DNA of 62,672 nucleotides, counting the filler, from Sluysia triapertura (lineage: Eukaryota), in NCBI GenBank assembly GCA_046118255.1. It is 5 parts of 5 records of this genome, joined end to end, with 100 filler letters (N's around TTAATTAATTAA, not from the genome) between each part and the next. Parts side by side here need not be neighbours in the genome. Positions count along the whole stretch, not along the records: positions 26,957 to 39,255 come from JBJNIA010122084.1; 4 more parts are not named here. One strand, 5' to 3'. The translations under genes were made by a program, and so were the position numbers. This document shows positions 26,957 to 39,355 of the stretch, one piece after another (position 1 is the stretch's first letter; the number at the start of each line of letters is the position of its first letter). Below the pieces are notes generated by a model. That model was not told the DNA's origin, did not search any database, and saw nothing but the letters and a program-made list of their open reading frames with translations.

Positions 26957-28253
26957 TTGTTTAGGTGTTATTATGTTTATGATTTATGAAGTTTATGCTG
27001 TGATTATGACTTGTCCGATGAAGCATTCAGTGAGTAAATGTTATGAATTGTTTGAAATGGATGTAGAAGTTTATTAAGTTAGAGATAGTTGAAGTATGAA
27101 TTGATTTGTTGGTGAATATAAGTTAGTGAGGTATTGTGATTGTGGAATGTTGTTTTGTAGTATTTGTGATGATGTAGTTGTAAAGTAAAGATATGACTGT
27201 TGAGAAAATGGTATTTTAATGAGATTAGGTTTAAAATTGTTGAATTTAAATTTAAGTTATAGATGTTGACCACCACAATAGAAGTGAAAAATTAAAAAGA
27301 TAATGAAAACTAAAATTATTATGATGTAACACGAAGCCAATTAAAACTAAAATTAATTAGCAGATGTTTTCTAATTTTTAAATATGCGAAATAAAGATAA
27401 AGATAAAGTAAGCGGCTTCTATTCTAAAGGAAGGCAACTCTGTAGGATTGTGTTCTTAAAATTGATAAACTTAACGTCAGATGACTTAATTCTTTTTCAC
27501 TCTGTTATATACAATTCCTACTGTGTTAGCACAATTACAATTTCTCAAGGTCATATCTCCTTAAAATAATTACCATACATTACCCAATAAATGTTCTTAT
27601 ATTAATCACCTTCAAATAAACTATTAATGCACTAGGCTGAATACTTTATCCTCTAATGATTGTATCTTATTTTTCTAATAATGTCCTACATATGACGTAT
27701 GATAATATGATAAGGTTATGGAATTCTTCTCAATTTCTTTCGTCTTCAGAAAATCATATTATATTAAATCAAATTAAAACCAAATTGCACATGAAACTAA
27801 ACAAAGGTGTGCTAATTATATACGTGTAAAATTTATAACTTTAGGAGAATATGCTTTGGATTGATTATAAGTTTTACTTTCAGTTAATTTTATGTCTTTA
27901 TGTCTTCTAGTTCTTTTTTCTCAAATTACTCAGTCTATTCTTTATATTCGTCTAACTCTGAAATCCTAGAGTAATCTAAATCTTAATCAAACAACTTCCA
28001 ATTAACAATTCTTTTATTGATTTAATGTTAAATTTCCTTTCGTAATTTTAGCAGTGCTAAATATTCCAATGGTTATTATTTAATCTAAGTTCGGCTTTGT
28101 AAATATACATAATTTTATTGTTATCTATTTTGTGTATTAGTTGGAAAACTTTTTTTATATCTTTACTTCATTTATTCAATTTTATCTTTATACTCCTTAC
28201 TATTAAATTCATTTTCCTAAATCTAATTTTGGAAATTGAGTTAAATACTTGTC

Positions 28254-28437
28254 TTAGTAAAGAACTTGGTCTGTTAACAGAATTAGGTGACTGGACAATA
28301 GAATCTATGTTGCAAACCACGTATTTCATCCGTACCACTTTCCGATAACCTGGAGCGGGTTTTATGCCGTGGAGTTGTTGTTAAAGATGAAGAAGTTAGT
28401 AAAGAACTTGGTCTGTTGACAGAATTAGGTGACTGGA
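28254..28437. repeat. 42-bp direct repeat pair
   Basis: ttagtaaagaacttggtctgtt(a/g)acagaattaggtgactgga at 28254-28295 and 28396-28437. Confidence 0.9.
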
Positions 28438-28605
28438 AGTGCTAATTAGAGTCTTGTAAAATTTTATTTTAAATCTTCAACAATTCTTTAACAAAAGTTA
28501 ACGAACCTCACTTCCAACAAAAACATAAATTGATTCTTCATATAAACTGTATGAAACTGCATATGTATAATGCTGGAGTTTTTTCTTTTATCTAAAACTT
28601 ACGTA

Positions 28606-28805
28606 ACAGCAAAATAAATTAAGAGTCTGTTTACAGTATACGACTTACCAATGGCATACCTATAAATAACGTATACCTAAAGAATAACGATGCAAAATAT
28701 ACCTTTTAACGTATTACGAAATTCGTTGGGAAATGCTATTAGACTAATGTATATTTATCGTGAGTAAATTATAAACTAAATCACAATAATAGCGGTGACC
28801 AACAT
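28606..28805 (+). repeat. Diverged partial copy of the 26364-26710 MITE
   Basis: aacagcaaaataaatt...gtctgtttacagtatacgacttaccaatggc...gaccaac matches the MITE core and right end. Confidence 0.6.
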
Positions 28806-31800
28806 GCTCGTTTATGCAGAAGATTTAACAGCAAGTCTTACATTGTTTACTTTATCAAAGAAAATAATTAATAATCCTAAAATATATGTATGTTTTCGTA
28901 AAATAATATTTGTAGTGCAATCTTGCATTATCTACCTTAAAAATAGTCTAACATTGTTAAATATAAAACTGAATGATTCAAACCTTAATATTATATTATA
29001 AACACAACAAATATTATGTAAGGTGTATTGTATAAAACTTAAAAGAATAAGTACACAAATATAATTTCTAGCAAAATAATATAAACAATTATTATAACAA
29101 TAATTGATTTTTAATTTGAATGGCCTAGCCAAAAGACTCGGTCCAGTTAATAATATTTTGTAATTGGCCTTAAAGACCAACAAAAAATAATTGAATTTAG
29201 AATTTAATGGTATTTTATTATTGATCTTAAGGATCAACAGAAAAATGGATAATTTAAGTAGATTTTTTAACTCTTACGAGTTTGCAAACTTACTCGTAAA
29301 CTTACTATTTAATGACAAAAATAGTTTTCGATTGCTACAATTGTCTAATGCGAACAGTTTAAACCAATTTGTGTAAAATATGATCGTATTTTTAACTTGT
29401 CTATCAATTGTGCATCAATTAATTAATTCGACTAATTTTCAGTACCGTAGAATAAAATGGCGAAAACAACTTGTCTCGATTGATCTTGGTATCATAAAAT
29501 TGTGTGACTAACTTGTGATATATCAAGATGGCGATTCTAACTTGTGATTAAAACTATTTTTATAATTCTATTTATAGTGTAATGGCTATCAAGAGTCATA
29601 TTTAATTCATTTAAACAATTTGTTCTAGCTAATTCTTTTTTAATTAATTTTAAAATAATTAAATTTTATTTTTTAATTTTAATGCAATTGTAATTATAAT
29701 TTTTTAAATAATAATTTTAATAATTTTTTATAGTATTTATAATATTTAACCTTTTTACAAAATCATAAAATATAAAACAAATATAAATAATAAAAATATT
29801 TACAATAAAAACAATTTTTTATAGTTTTTTTTAATTCTAGTTGTAAGAAGTACATACGTGAAGTTAGATTGCATAAAATGTGTCGTTAACTTCATCGGTT
29901 TAGATATTATGCGTCGTTGTTCCATTATAAGTTTGTTTTCTTAAGGCGAATACTCTTGGTAAAAATTAACAATTTTCTATTAATCGTTTAATATATATGT
30001 TCTCAATCTCTATTCTCTATAAGGCTTCATTGATATCAACATAAGTGTTTACAGATAATATATCTTAACTATTTCTTAACAAAGAATTTCGCTCAACTAC
30101 AATCCAGATTCTATTTTATTTATGAATTCTGCACTCATCTCAGCTTTTCAAGGTAGAAGTACTTAACAAATAAAATAATAATTAAAACTTTGCTACTTAA
30201 GACTTTATTTACTCTTTCAAGTTTTATTTATTCAAATCTTATTTCTTCAAGCTTATTCTTTCACATTTTATTTTTGTAGATTTTGTTTATTTAAATTTTA
30301 TCTTTCGGTCTTTATTTTTCCCAAACTTTATTCTCAATCCCTTTTAGTACGTAGTTAAATGTAAGAGCAACTTGAACAATTAATAAATTTTATTCAAATG
30401 ATATAATTTACTTTATGAATAAGTGCAATAATTTAAGCCGAAAATTAGTAATTTAATCTTGCCTTTTAATGAGAATTATCGGACTACTATTCAGTTAGTA
30501 ATGATTTCAATACCAATAATAAGGTCATTCTTTGATCGATAAAAGGTTTATTGTTGTGTCTTTTGTTTCTCTTGTTTACATTCAACGATTATTGTATACA
30601 ATTTAATAATGATTCTGTTTTTTATTGTCGGCCTATAATTATTCGGTAATTATAATTACATCGTATTTATAATCAATATTATTTCAATAGTACATAAATT
30701 ATTTCAAAAACACATAATAATGACTCCACTAAATAATAAAATAATGAATCATTTCAGTCATCATATTATGATTTTCGCTATGTAAGTAAATGAATTATCA
30801 TTTAATTCATTTATACATATGCATATATATTTTACATACGTAGTATTTCACATTAAATTTTGTACTTTAAATCTTAGCGATTATAAATTTAGATTTCATA
30901 CTACTATATAATCTTAATTTAAGATGATTTTATGTATTTAATCAATCATAATATTGAAGTTTAATTTCATATTATTTTTATACAACCTCAATTTAATATG
31001 ATCTTACCATTTTTATATGAGCATTTATTATTATATAGAGAAATTTAGGTTAATAATGTGTATAATATAGTGTGAAACGTGAGTCCCCTAAGAAACTAGT
31101 GTCTTACATACTCAAGGGCTAGTCGTATGCGTTAGCAAGAATAAATTGTTAGTGAATTAGCGGTATATTTAAATTTTCTTTTGTTATAATGATTTGTTAT
31201 AGTTTTAACTTTCCTTTAAAAATTTAGGGATTTAAATATGATAATTATACTTTAAATAGGATTTAAAAAAGGTGGGACTTATTTTAATTCTTTAATAATC
31301 AATAAATATAGTTACGTATATTTTATTACCATGTTTTATTTGATCAAACAAAATATTTATCTTGACTTCCTTCATTCAAAGAATGGTAAATCAATTACTA
31401 ACTGTCAAAAGTAACATGTGAAAGTATACACGGATTAAAAATCATATAATAAATAACAATATTTTACAAGATTAATATATAATCAGCATATATTATCAAT
31501 TGTTTAAAACTAAATTTTTCGGGATCGCTTTAAACATTATTTATTCGGATATTCATTTCAAGTATTTATTTCGAATTTAAATTTCATTGAATTATCAAGC
31601 ATTCAAGTATTTATTATAATTTTTTAAACATTTTCATAACTTTTAATTCAAATATTCAATTCAGTCATTAAAATACAAATGTGTATATGAATAATTTATT
31701 ATTAAGAAATGAGTCTTAATATTTTTATAGAAATTTCCTAAGATTTAAAAGCTAGCATTAAAATTACTGTAAAATTGAAAATTTTAAGTGAAGCTTGATC

Positions 31801-33557
31801 CGTAAATATGTAAGGAACATACTTACGAATAAACTATTTTAAAATTTGGAAAATTTTCTGGTTGCACGTTGTATGTTTTCGAAATTTAAGTTAGTTTTCA
31901 GAAAAAAATACATTAAATTTACAAATCGCTGTTGTGTCATTTTTATTTGTGTAATTGTTCACTTAGCAATAAAAACGCCGGCTATTTTAAGCAATTTGAA
32001 GACATATGCATTTTTATGCGTAAAATGAAATAACTTCTAAACAACACACCGTGTTTTATTAAATTTTCACATGAACTTACCAAATTTGTAGACTAAACAT
32101 CTATTGATCTTCAAATGTTCATTTAATAACAAATTTATTCATTGTTTTTATTTTCACTCTCTTTTAAAAAGTTATATTTAATACCTATCTAATACTGTTT
32201 TTTATCTTTTGTGCAGAGATATTCCGCAAAAATCACATTTAAATCCAGGTATTATAAATATTTTCTAAAGATTAGCACTACTTATGCGTAATAATAAAAA
32301 CTCTTCGAGTCGCTTTTTTCTGTTTCAACGTTTCTTTATCATACTTAATAAAATAAACTGTATTTCTTATGTAGTTCATAAGATGTCAGAATTGTATTTT
32401 GTAAACATACTGTAAGAAAAGATTGTTTTCCTAACGAGAATAAAAGTATAAGTGAGTTCACAAACGTTGGATTTTAAATAGCACTACTTCTTATGTAAGC
32501 AATTATTTAAGTTGAGAGTATCACGAATTTTTATGATTTTAAATTTGTTATGGATTATTAATCGTTTAATTTATTATCAGATTTTACGATGGATCCTTTC
32601 TTAAGTAGGATCTTTCGAGTTTAACACTTTATGAGATATTCGGTTAAATTTCGGATTTTAAAAGAGAAAAATTAGTTAGGTACTGTAATTTATAAAATTC
32701 AAATGTATATAATTTACGATGATCCTTCTTAAATATGTTCGTTCATTAATAATTTAATGGTTTTTATCTTAGAGAAATTACGTAGATTCAATTTAAACTG
32801 AATCGTACAAAATCAGCTTTCTTGTAACAGATTTTAGATTTTAGGAATATGTTAAGTATGATTTTACTATGTACGTAAAGCTTAAGTAAAATAAACTAAT
32901 GATAATTACGATAAACGATATGGTAAAAATCTTCTTTCAAGAATGGAGTTTTTCCTAGCCAAGAAATGTACTTCAATAAGATTTTTAAAGAATTATGTTG
33001 TGATTTTAAAAATTTACGTAGTGTATTTATACTGATTTTAGTTTAACATTGATGGGTTTATTAAAACAAGTAATTCAATAAATAATAAAACAAATAAAAT
33101 TAAATATTACTTACATAAAATTAAAATTATTCCAAATAGTTTGATATAGAATTCCAAATTCCAAATTGTTCGTTTATTAAAAATCAATAATTTACAATAT
33201 TATTAATTTATACACAATAAATCATATTTCTTTTACCAGTTTAATCAAAGTTTAGAATACGAATAAACATCAATGCGGGCCGGCACTTTAATATTTGTCA
33301 CTTTTACCATCATACTATTTTCATTATCAATAAATGTGTTTTATAAAAATATATATTGATATCTTTTAAATATTTGAATGAACAATCTATTGTGTTTGTA
33401 TTTTGTGATAAAGCCGATATTGTACTATTTCTTTTAAAACTACTCTCCCTTTTTATAGGGCATTGAAAATATTTTCATTTATATTGCGAATATGGTTACA
33501 ATAGTACTTTCTTTTGTGATCTGAATAAGTTGGATGATATTTTTTACAATTGTTTAG

Positions 33558-34002
33558 AAAACAAACTGCAGTATCCAATCAACAGTCAGCAAACAATCCT
33601 GCTGCTGCTGCCAGTTCTCCGACACAACGCCTGACGACAGTCAGTGTCTCAACCCCGGCTCCAACTCCATCTGGTGGAGCGACTGCTCCACCTCCTCCGC
33701 CACCACCAGGACCTCCACCTCCACCTCCTCCTAGTGGTCCTCCTCCACCACCAACAGCAGGTATCAAGAAAAACAAGTATCAAGAACTACCATCTAAAAG
33801 TTCCAGTTCCAAGCCAGCAGCAAGTGGAGGTAATTTCCTGGATGAGCTACGTAATGCAGCCGAGCAAAAACCGAAATTGGATATACAATCTAGTTCGAAC
33901 AACAATAATAATGTCGAATCTTCAGTACCAGTATCTTCCAATATAGGTGGTAATGCAGGTGGAGGCGATATTATGAGTGAAATGCAATCAATTTTTGCTA
34001 AA
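33558..34002 (+). CDS. Ena/VASP-family actin regulator, internal exon (polyproline plus EVH2 start)
   Basis: GPPPPPPP repeats (profilin-binding type), FLDELRNAA helix and GGGDIMSEMQSIFAK, which matches the EVH2 F-actin-binding block GGGLMEEMNAMLARR. AG at 33556-57, GT at 34003. Confidence 0.75.
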
Positions 34003-34729
34003 GTTAGGCTTAGCATAAATTATTATTTAAATTTTTCGAAATTATAAATTTGGTATAATTCATTAAACTAACTTCTCATAAAATTATCATGGATACTACA
34101 ATAATAAAAAAATAAAAAAATCGTGCAGTGGCTTTATTAATTTGTTTCATGATCTGATGCTTATTTGCGGGAAAAATTAATGGTATTAAAATAAATGAAC
34201 AAAAAATTTAAATAACTCAAAATATTTAGACCCCAGACGGGGGCGCTAAAAATTTTAAAATTTTTACAAACGAAGTTTTGTTTTTTCTTTGAATATTTTT
34301 ACCAATTCAAGTAATTCCATCATCTAATTCCATAATTTACGTTCTTGATGTAGAACAATCATCGAGATTTAAATTTCAAAGCAAATATACTTACAAATTC
34401 ATAAAGCAATTATACATGTCCACTAGAGATGTTATGCCATTTGGTATTCGGCTATTTTTTAGCTGTTAATTAAAAATAACGTTAGCACACTGCTATCACA
34501 ATAGCGAAAGATCAGCTATTAAATAACAGCGACGTGCTGAAACAATATTAATATTTCACAGACATAATATTGTATTTTTGATATAAAGAATTAAAATTTA
34601 ATTTTGTTAATTTTTCTTTATTTTTGCTAAAGAATTTATTTAATTTATAAGAAACATAAAAATACATTTTCTTATTAAAAAGGTGTTTATTTTATTTATA
34701 GTTTTTTTTATTACAGTCGCATAATGATT

Positions 34730-34796
34730 AAGTTGGGGGCACCAAAAATAAATACGTTGAAATGGGGGCACAACTTAAAAAGTTTGCGCACGCCTG
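34730..34796 (-). mobile_element. hAT-like DNA transposon terminus
   Basis: Minus strand begins CAGGCGTGCGCAAACTT, with subterminal gggggcac repeats. Partner end not identified. Confidence 0.45.
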
Positions 34797-35035
34797 GATT
34801 TTTGCAACATTTTTGATACAATTTTATTCTGAAAATACTTTGCTTGTTTATCCTACGTAGTACAATATATATATATTTAATTATTATGAAACAAAATTTG
34901 AATTTTTTGTCATTAAAAAGTTCAATAAGCGATCTATTAATGTTTCTTTTGTAGAATAATAATCTAGATATTCATTTTTATTTAAAATATTTAAGAGCTT
35001 CTGAATTTCCATTTATATTTTTGTATTTATGTTAG

Positions 35036-35540
35036 AATTTCCTACCTCACATCAACTCCAAATTTCTATACCTACCTATCATCATACCTCTTCACAAACC
35101 AGTTGCATTCGACCTCCAAATTATTATTCTCAGTACCGAATATCAGAATCACAAGATCGTAATAATGCTAACAATCATCCCCTTCTACAAAATCATCCTG
35201 AATTCATGCATAAATATCCTTCATCGTCTAATCATCCCATATCACCGAACCAGATGCCACAAACACCACCAGACCGTATTATTACTACATCACCACGTCC
35301 ACTAACAATCCTTCAAACATCAATGTCATCCCCAACACCTCAAATCATCGAAATTGAACAACCCTTTTCTTCTGTAGCTCTTGTAGAAGATCCTATATTA
35401 ATGCAATCGTATCATTCTGACCGAGGAGGATCACGAAAGAAAAGTCGAAAAAATTGCCGCCATCATATGTACAATAGCAAATTACCTCAAAAAACCTACA
35501 CCAATTTCAATTCGCATAATCAATCAGATTTTGGGCCAAG
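35036..35540 (+). CDS. Exon of a low-complexity S/P/H/Q-rich protein
   Basis: Stop-free and GC-elevated. AG at 35034-35, GT at 35541, phase 2, which joins in frame to 38249. Confidence 0.65.
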
Positions 35541-35604
35541 GTGGATAACATTTATTTTTAATTTTGCCTTTAGAGTACGAATGTTAGATATATCTAACAT
35601 TTAT

Positions 35605-36114
35605 ATTAATGGTCAAAAAAGACGAATGTTATATTTCAACATTTTTCAAGGATACTATGAAACTATTAATTAAAAGTTTATAAAAGCATTGTCTCGGAAA
35701 ATGTAAAATGTTGGAAAATAACTACTTTCTCCAAAAAATTCTGGTGAAAGTAAAATAATAGATAAAAATACTGAGATCGAAACAGAGAAATTTTATTCAT
35801 GTAGAATGATAACACAGTTTACTACAAATCAAAGATGTACAAACTGTTGTATCAGTACTTTGTTTGCCCTCCTTTGTTATACAATAATAATTACAGACGA
35901 GCGTGGGGCACAAGTCTTCGATCTCGTCATCATGATGCCATACTTTTATCAGGGTTTCAATACGTTTCGTCCTGTTGGTTGGGTGGTTGACAATCTTCAC
36001 AGATTTTCTATGGGATTCATGTCTGGAGAGTTTCCAGGCCAGGCTAGCAAATATTAAGAAAACAAAAGAAAAGCATATTTTTCTTGTTTTAGTCTAATAA
36101 TTTGGCCAACACTG
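35605..36114 (-). mobile_element. Tc1 deletion derivative A (transposase C-terminus)
   Basis: Minus strand TA|CAGTGTTGGCCAAATTATTAGAC terminus at 36114, then LAWPGNSPDMNPIENL* and, after frameshifts, ETLIKVWHHD and GGQTKY* (Tc1 WPxxSPDLNPIE motif). Left end degenerate. Confidence 0.85.
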
Positions 36115-36369
36115 TAGATCAAACATTTATAAAATTTTTTATGAATCACACTATAGTAATATTTTTTATGAATAAGAAACTGTTCCTTTTTCTTTGATGA
36201 GACAAATTCTGACCTTTTTCCTGACTGAATTATAAAAATAAAGTCATTGATCACTTGTTCAAATGGAACGTTTTCCCAGACAAAATGTTATAAATTAAAA
36301 TACAACAATTGAATTTTTTAAATTCTTTAAGTATCGGCACGCATGCAATGATTTTGTTCGATAAATAGC

Positions 36370-36540
36370 ATAATAATAATGATAACAATAATAATGATAA
36401 TGATAATGATGATAATATTAATAATAATAATAATGATAACAATAATAGAGATAATAATAATACTGATAATAATGTTGATAACAATAATAATGATGATAAT
36501 AGTAGTAATAGTAATAATGATAACAATAATAATAATAATA
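36370..36540. repeat. Degenerate (AAT/GAT)n microsatellite
   Basis: Trinucleotide array. Explains the spurious poly-Leu and poly-Ile ORFs. Confidence 0.9.
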
Positions 36541-36664
36541 CAATCACATCTCTACACTTTTTGAAAAAATGGAATTAGTGCTTCAAATAAACTCAAAAAA
36601 GCATTTTGTTTTAATATTAAATTTTATTAAAATTTACTTCACATTTATCAACCCTTAAATTAAA

Positions 36665-37050
36665 ATGCGGAATAATCAGAAAAAAGTTGGAAAAGTTACA
36701 CTATTGACCAAAAAATTGAGATTATCAAATTCAAAAAATCAAATAGATCTGACATAAAGAAAATTCTTAAAAGTAAAGTGGATATTGAAAATAAAAATGA
36801 GTTTAATGATGCAAAATGAGTTTATAATAACTTGTCCACTTTAAAAATTGATGATAGCTTAGTGTGTGAGAGTGGTTCATTATATAAAGAATATGGCACT
36901 TCGAATTGCAAGTAAACTTGGAAAGGTTACTTTTAAATATATAAATGGATGGCTGGAATGTTTCAAAAGCAGACATAATATCAGCTCAAAGTTATTTCAG
37001 AAGAAGAAGGCTTAGTGGATCAAACATTAGTAGAAAACTTCGAAAAATAA
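36665..37050 (+). mobile_element. Tigger/pogo (CENP-B-type) transposase N-terminal remnant
   Basis: KSYTIDQKIEIIK (psq HTH-like) and ALRIASKLGKVTFKYINGWLECFKSRHNIS (CENP-B HTH FKASNGWL.RFK.RH), frameshifted. Confidence 0.8.
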
Positions 37051-37261
37051 ATACTATATAATATTTTTGTTTTATGAATAAATGTTTATTATATTGTTCG
37101 TTATTTTTTTAACGAACGAGTTGAAAAAAAATAATAATGATAATGATAATGATGATAATAATGATTAAATTTCACATTCTAGCAGAATTTGTTTGTTGCA
37201 ATTTTATTTATTTATAATCTTTGCTTTTATTTTATTCTTTTGACTGAAAAGTTTTTGCTAT

Positions 37262-37647
37262 GTTTAATTATTAGACTAAAGACCATTTTTCAAGGATACT
37301 ATGAAACTATTAATCAAAAGTTGGATGTTTCACAGTTTCCATGACACAATGAGAGTGAAACTCCTCGTTACAGAGGTGGTCTTGTCATCCAATACTTCAC
37401 TAAAACACACGTGACTTAAGTGTTGGTGTTGCTTAGCCCATGCTAACATTTTACTGATCATCCCTGATGTCAACTTCTGGATCGTCTCGCTCGCAAACCA
37501 TTGCCTACAAGTCTCTTTCTGACGGTCTCTTCCGCAAGTCTCTCTACTTCTGCAAAGTCATACTGGTATCTGTCATTTCTCACTCATGTTTTCTTCTTTC
37601 TGCCCCACATTTTCCCCTGTTTTAGTCTAATAATTTGGCCATCATTG
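37262..37647 (-). mobile_element. Tc1 deletion derivative B (transposase middle)
   Basis: TIRs aattattagactaaa ... tttagtctaataatttggccatcattg|TA. Minus strand encodes ETVRKRLVGNGLRARR, LAWAKQHQHL, VCFSE and HCVMETVKHP. Confidence 0.85.
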
Positions 37648-38248
37648 TAATTCTTCCTAAAGTTAATCCCATTATAAGACTAATTCATTATACAACCAAA
37701 TTCTTCTGTATAATAATTCCGACACATACCTTGATGCCTATAGAATCATTACTAACAGAAATGAAACATCTACATTATAATAAAGTAATAGCAACATTGT
37801 ATTATTTATTTATTTACATACATCTTGTGCTCATTTGTTGTATTTTAATATTTATTATTCGTTTTCTGGTGTTTTTATTTAATCTGTAACACTTCGATTG
37901 TGCTAATTACACTTTATTTTCATTTTACATAATTTATTTCTATGTTAGATGCATTTTCCGTACACATTTTCGGATTTTTGATCTTCTTCTTTGATTCTTT
38001 TATTGAAATTACTAGTATTATTGTACACAAATTAAAGAAACTTTCTATTCAAGATAGAACTTTCATCATTAAGTAACACTATGCAAGTAATGAAAGTATA
38101 ACTAAGCAAATTTTATCGTTGACGTCATTTTAATTTGAAACATAATCGAAAATTGATACATTCAATATCTTACTCGGATGAAACTTGATGCAGTTGGATT
38201 ATTTTTGTTATGCATTAATATATTGATAATCAGTATTTATACATTTAG

Positions 38249-39255
38249 CGACGCTCCATTTTATGAAATCCGCGAGCCTCATATAAACAGCACTTCAAAT
38301 ATTGCACGTCATTCTCAATCCGAAGTGAATTTACCATCAACATCCAATCCACACAGTTCCTCACACATTCGATCTGTCACTGTCAACTTTACTCAACCAG
38401 ATACCCAATCACCACCATATCCGTCATCTTGTTCACCTGACCTATGTTTATCAAGACTTCAGTGTATCGTAGATTTAAATAAAAACTTACTCGAGCATTC
38501 ACAAAATTCTCCCATCCATTCCGAACACATAGCAAATCTTTATCGAGCTATGTACGGACCTTATGAGTCATCATTATGTGCTTCTCGTCCAGTATCATCT
38601 GATGGAGCAATTCCAATTAATACTAAGTTTACATCTGGAGTTAAAATCAATGAAAATTATATGACAGATGAAACTAGCCAAATTTTATCATTAAGCCCTT
38701 CAAATCGTCGATTTCCAAGTAATGGTAAATACATGCCTGCAATTACACCTGCCAATTCACTTGCTGAAGCACTGCCGAAACATGTGACACATACAACAGA
38801 ACAAATACAAAATTATCAAGATAATGTAAATCGTTCAGATTTGATAGATCAATTTGTTCCTGTTAAATCACAAACTTTATCCACTATACCAATTTCTCAA
38901 TCCAAAAATCCTCAATTTATGTCAGTTACTGAAGAACATAATTTACAAACCCATCAACCAACATCGATAAAAATTAATCTTTCAACTTATAAAACACGAC
39001 CACAGATTCAACAAGCCGATAGTCAACATAATTTAGCAGCTTCTGATTATTTTCATGATACAACTAAAGGTGTGTCATTCCAACAAATTCCATATGTACC
39101 AAATGTTCCAGCAAATTTACAGCACTTTTCTATTACTGGCTGCGATAATATAACTGTCGATAATTTACAAAACAATGAAGCATTGTCGTGGCAACAGAAG
39201 CAATCGGGATATAATGAAATAACTAAAGCATTTGATAATCAAACAATCGAATGTT
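38249..39255 (+). CDS. Large exon of the low-complexity protein, truncated by the spacer
   Basis: More than 1 kb stop-free in very AT-rich DNA. AG acceptor at 38247-48 is phase 2, compatible with exon 35036-35540. Confidence 0.75.
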
Positions 39256-39355
39256 NNNNNNNNNNNNNNNNNNNNNNNNNNNNNNNNNNNNNNNNNNNNT
39301 TAATTAATTAANNNNNNNNNNNNNNNNNNNNNNNNNNNNNNNNNNNNNNNNNNNN
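39256..39355. other. Artificial contig spacer
   Basis: N44-TTAATTAATTAA-N44. Confidence 0.95.

Noticed and set aside
33579-34016. Overlapping Gly-rich antisense and alternate-frame ORFs
   Set aside because: Shadows of the Pro-rich Ena/VASP exon.
35806-36057. Plus-strand 83-aa ORF
   Set aside because: Antisense shadow of the Tc1 transposase fragment.
36251-36564. Poly-Leu and poly-Ile ORFs (also 20829-21035, 45176-45358, 50764-51000)
   Set aside because: Translations of microsatellite or AT-only DNA.
38178-38248. Apparent signal peptide MKLDAVGLFLLCINILIISIYTF
   Set aside because: More likely intronic T-rich sequence before the AG at 38247-48, whose phase matches the upstream exon.
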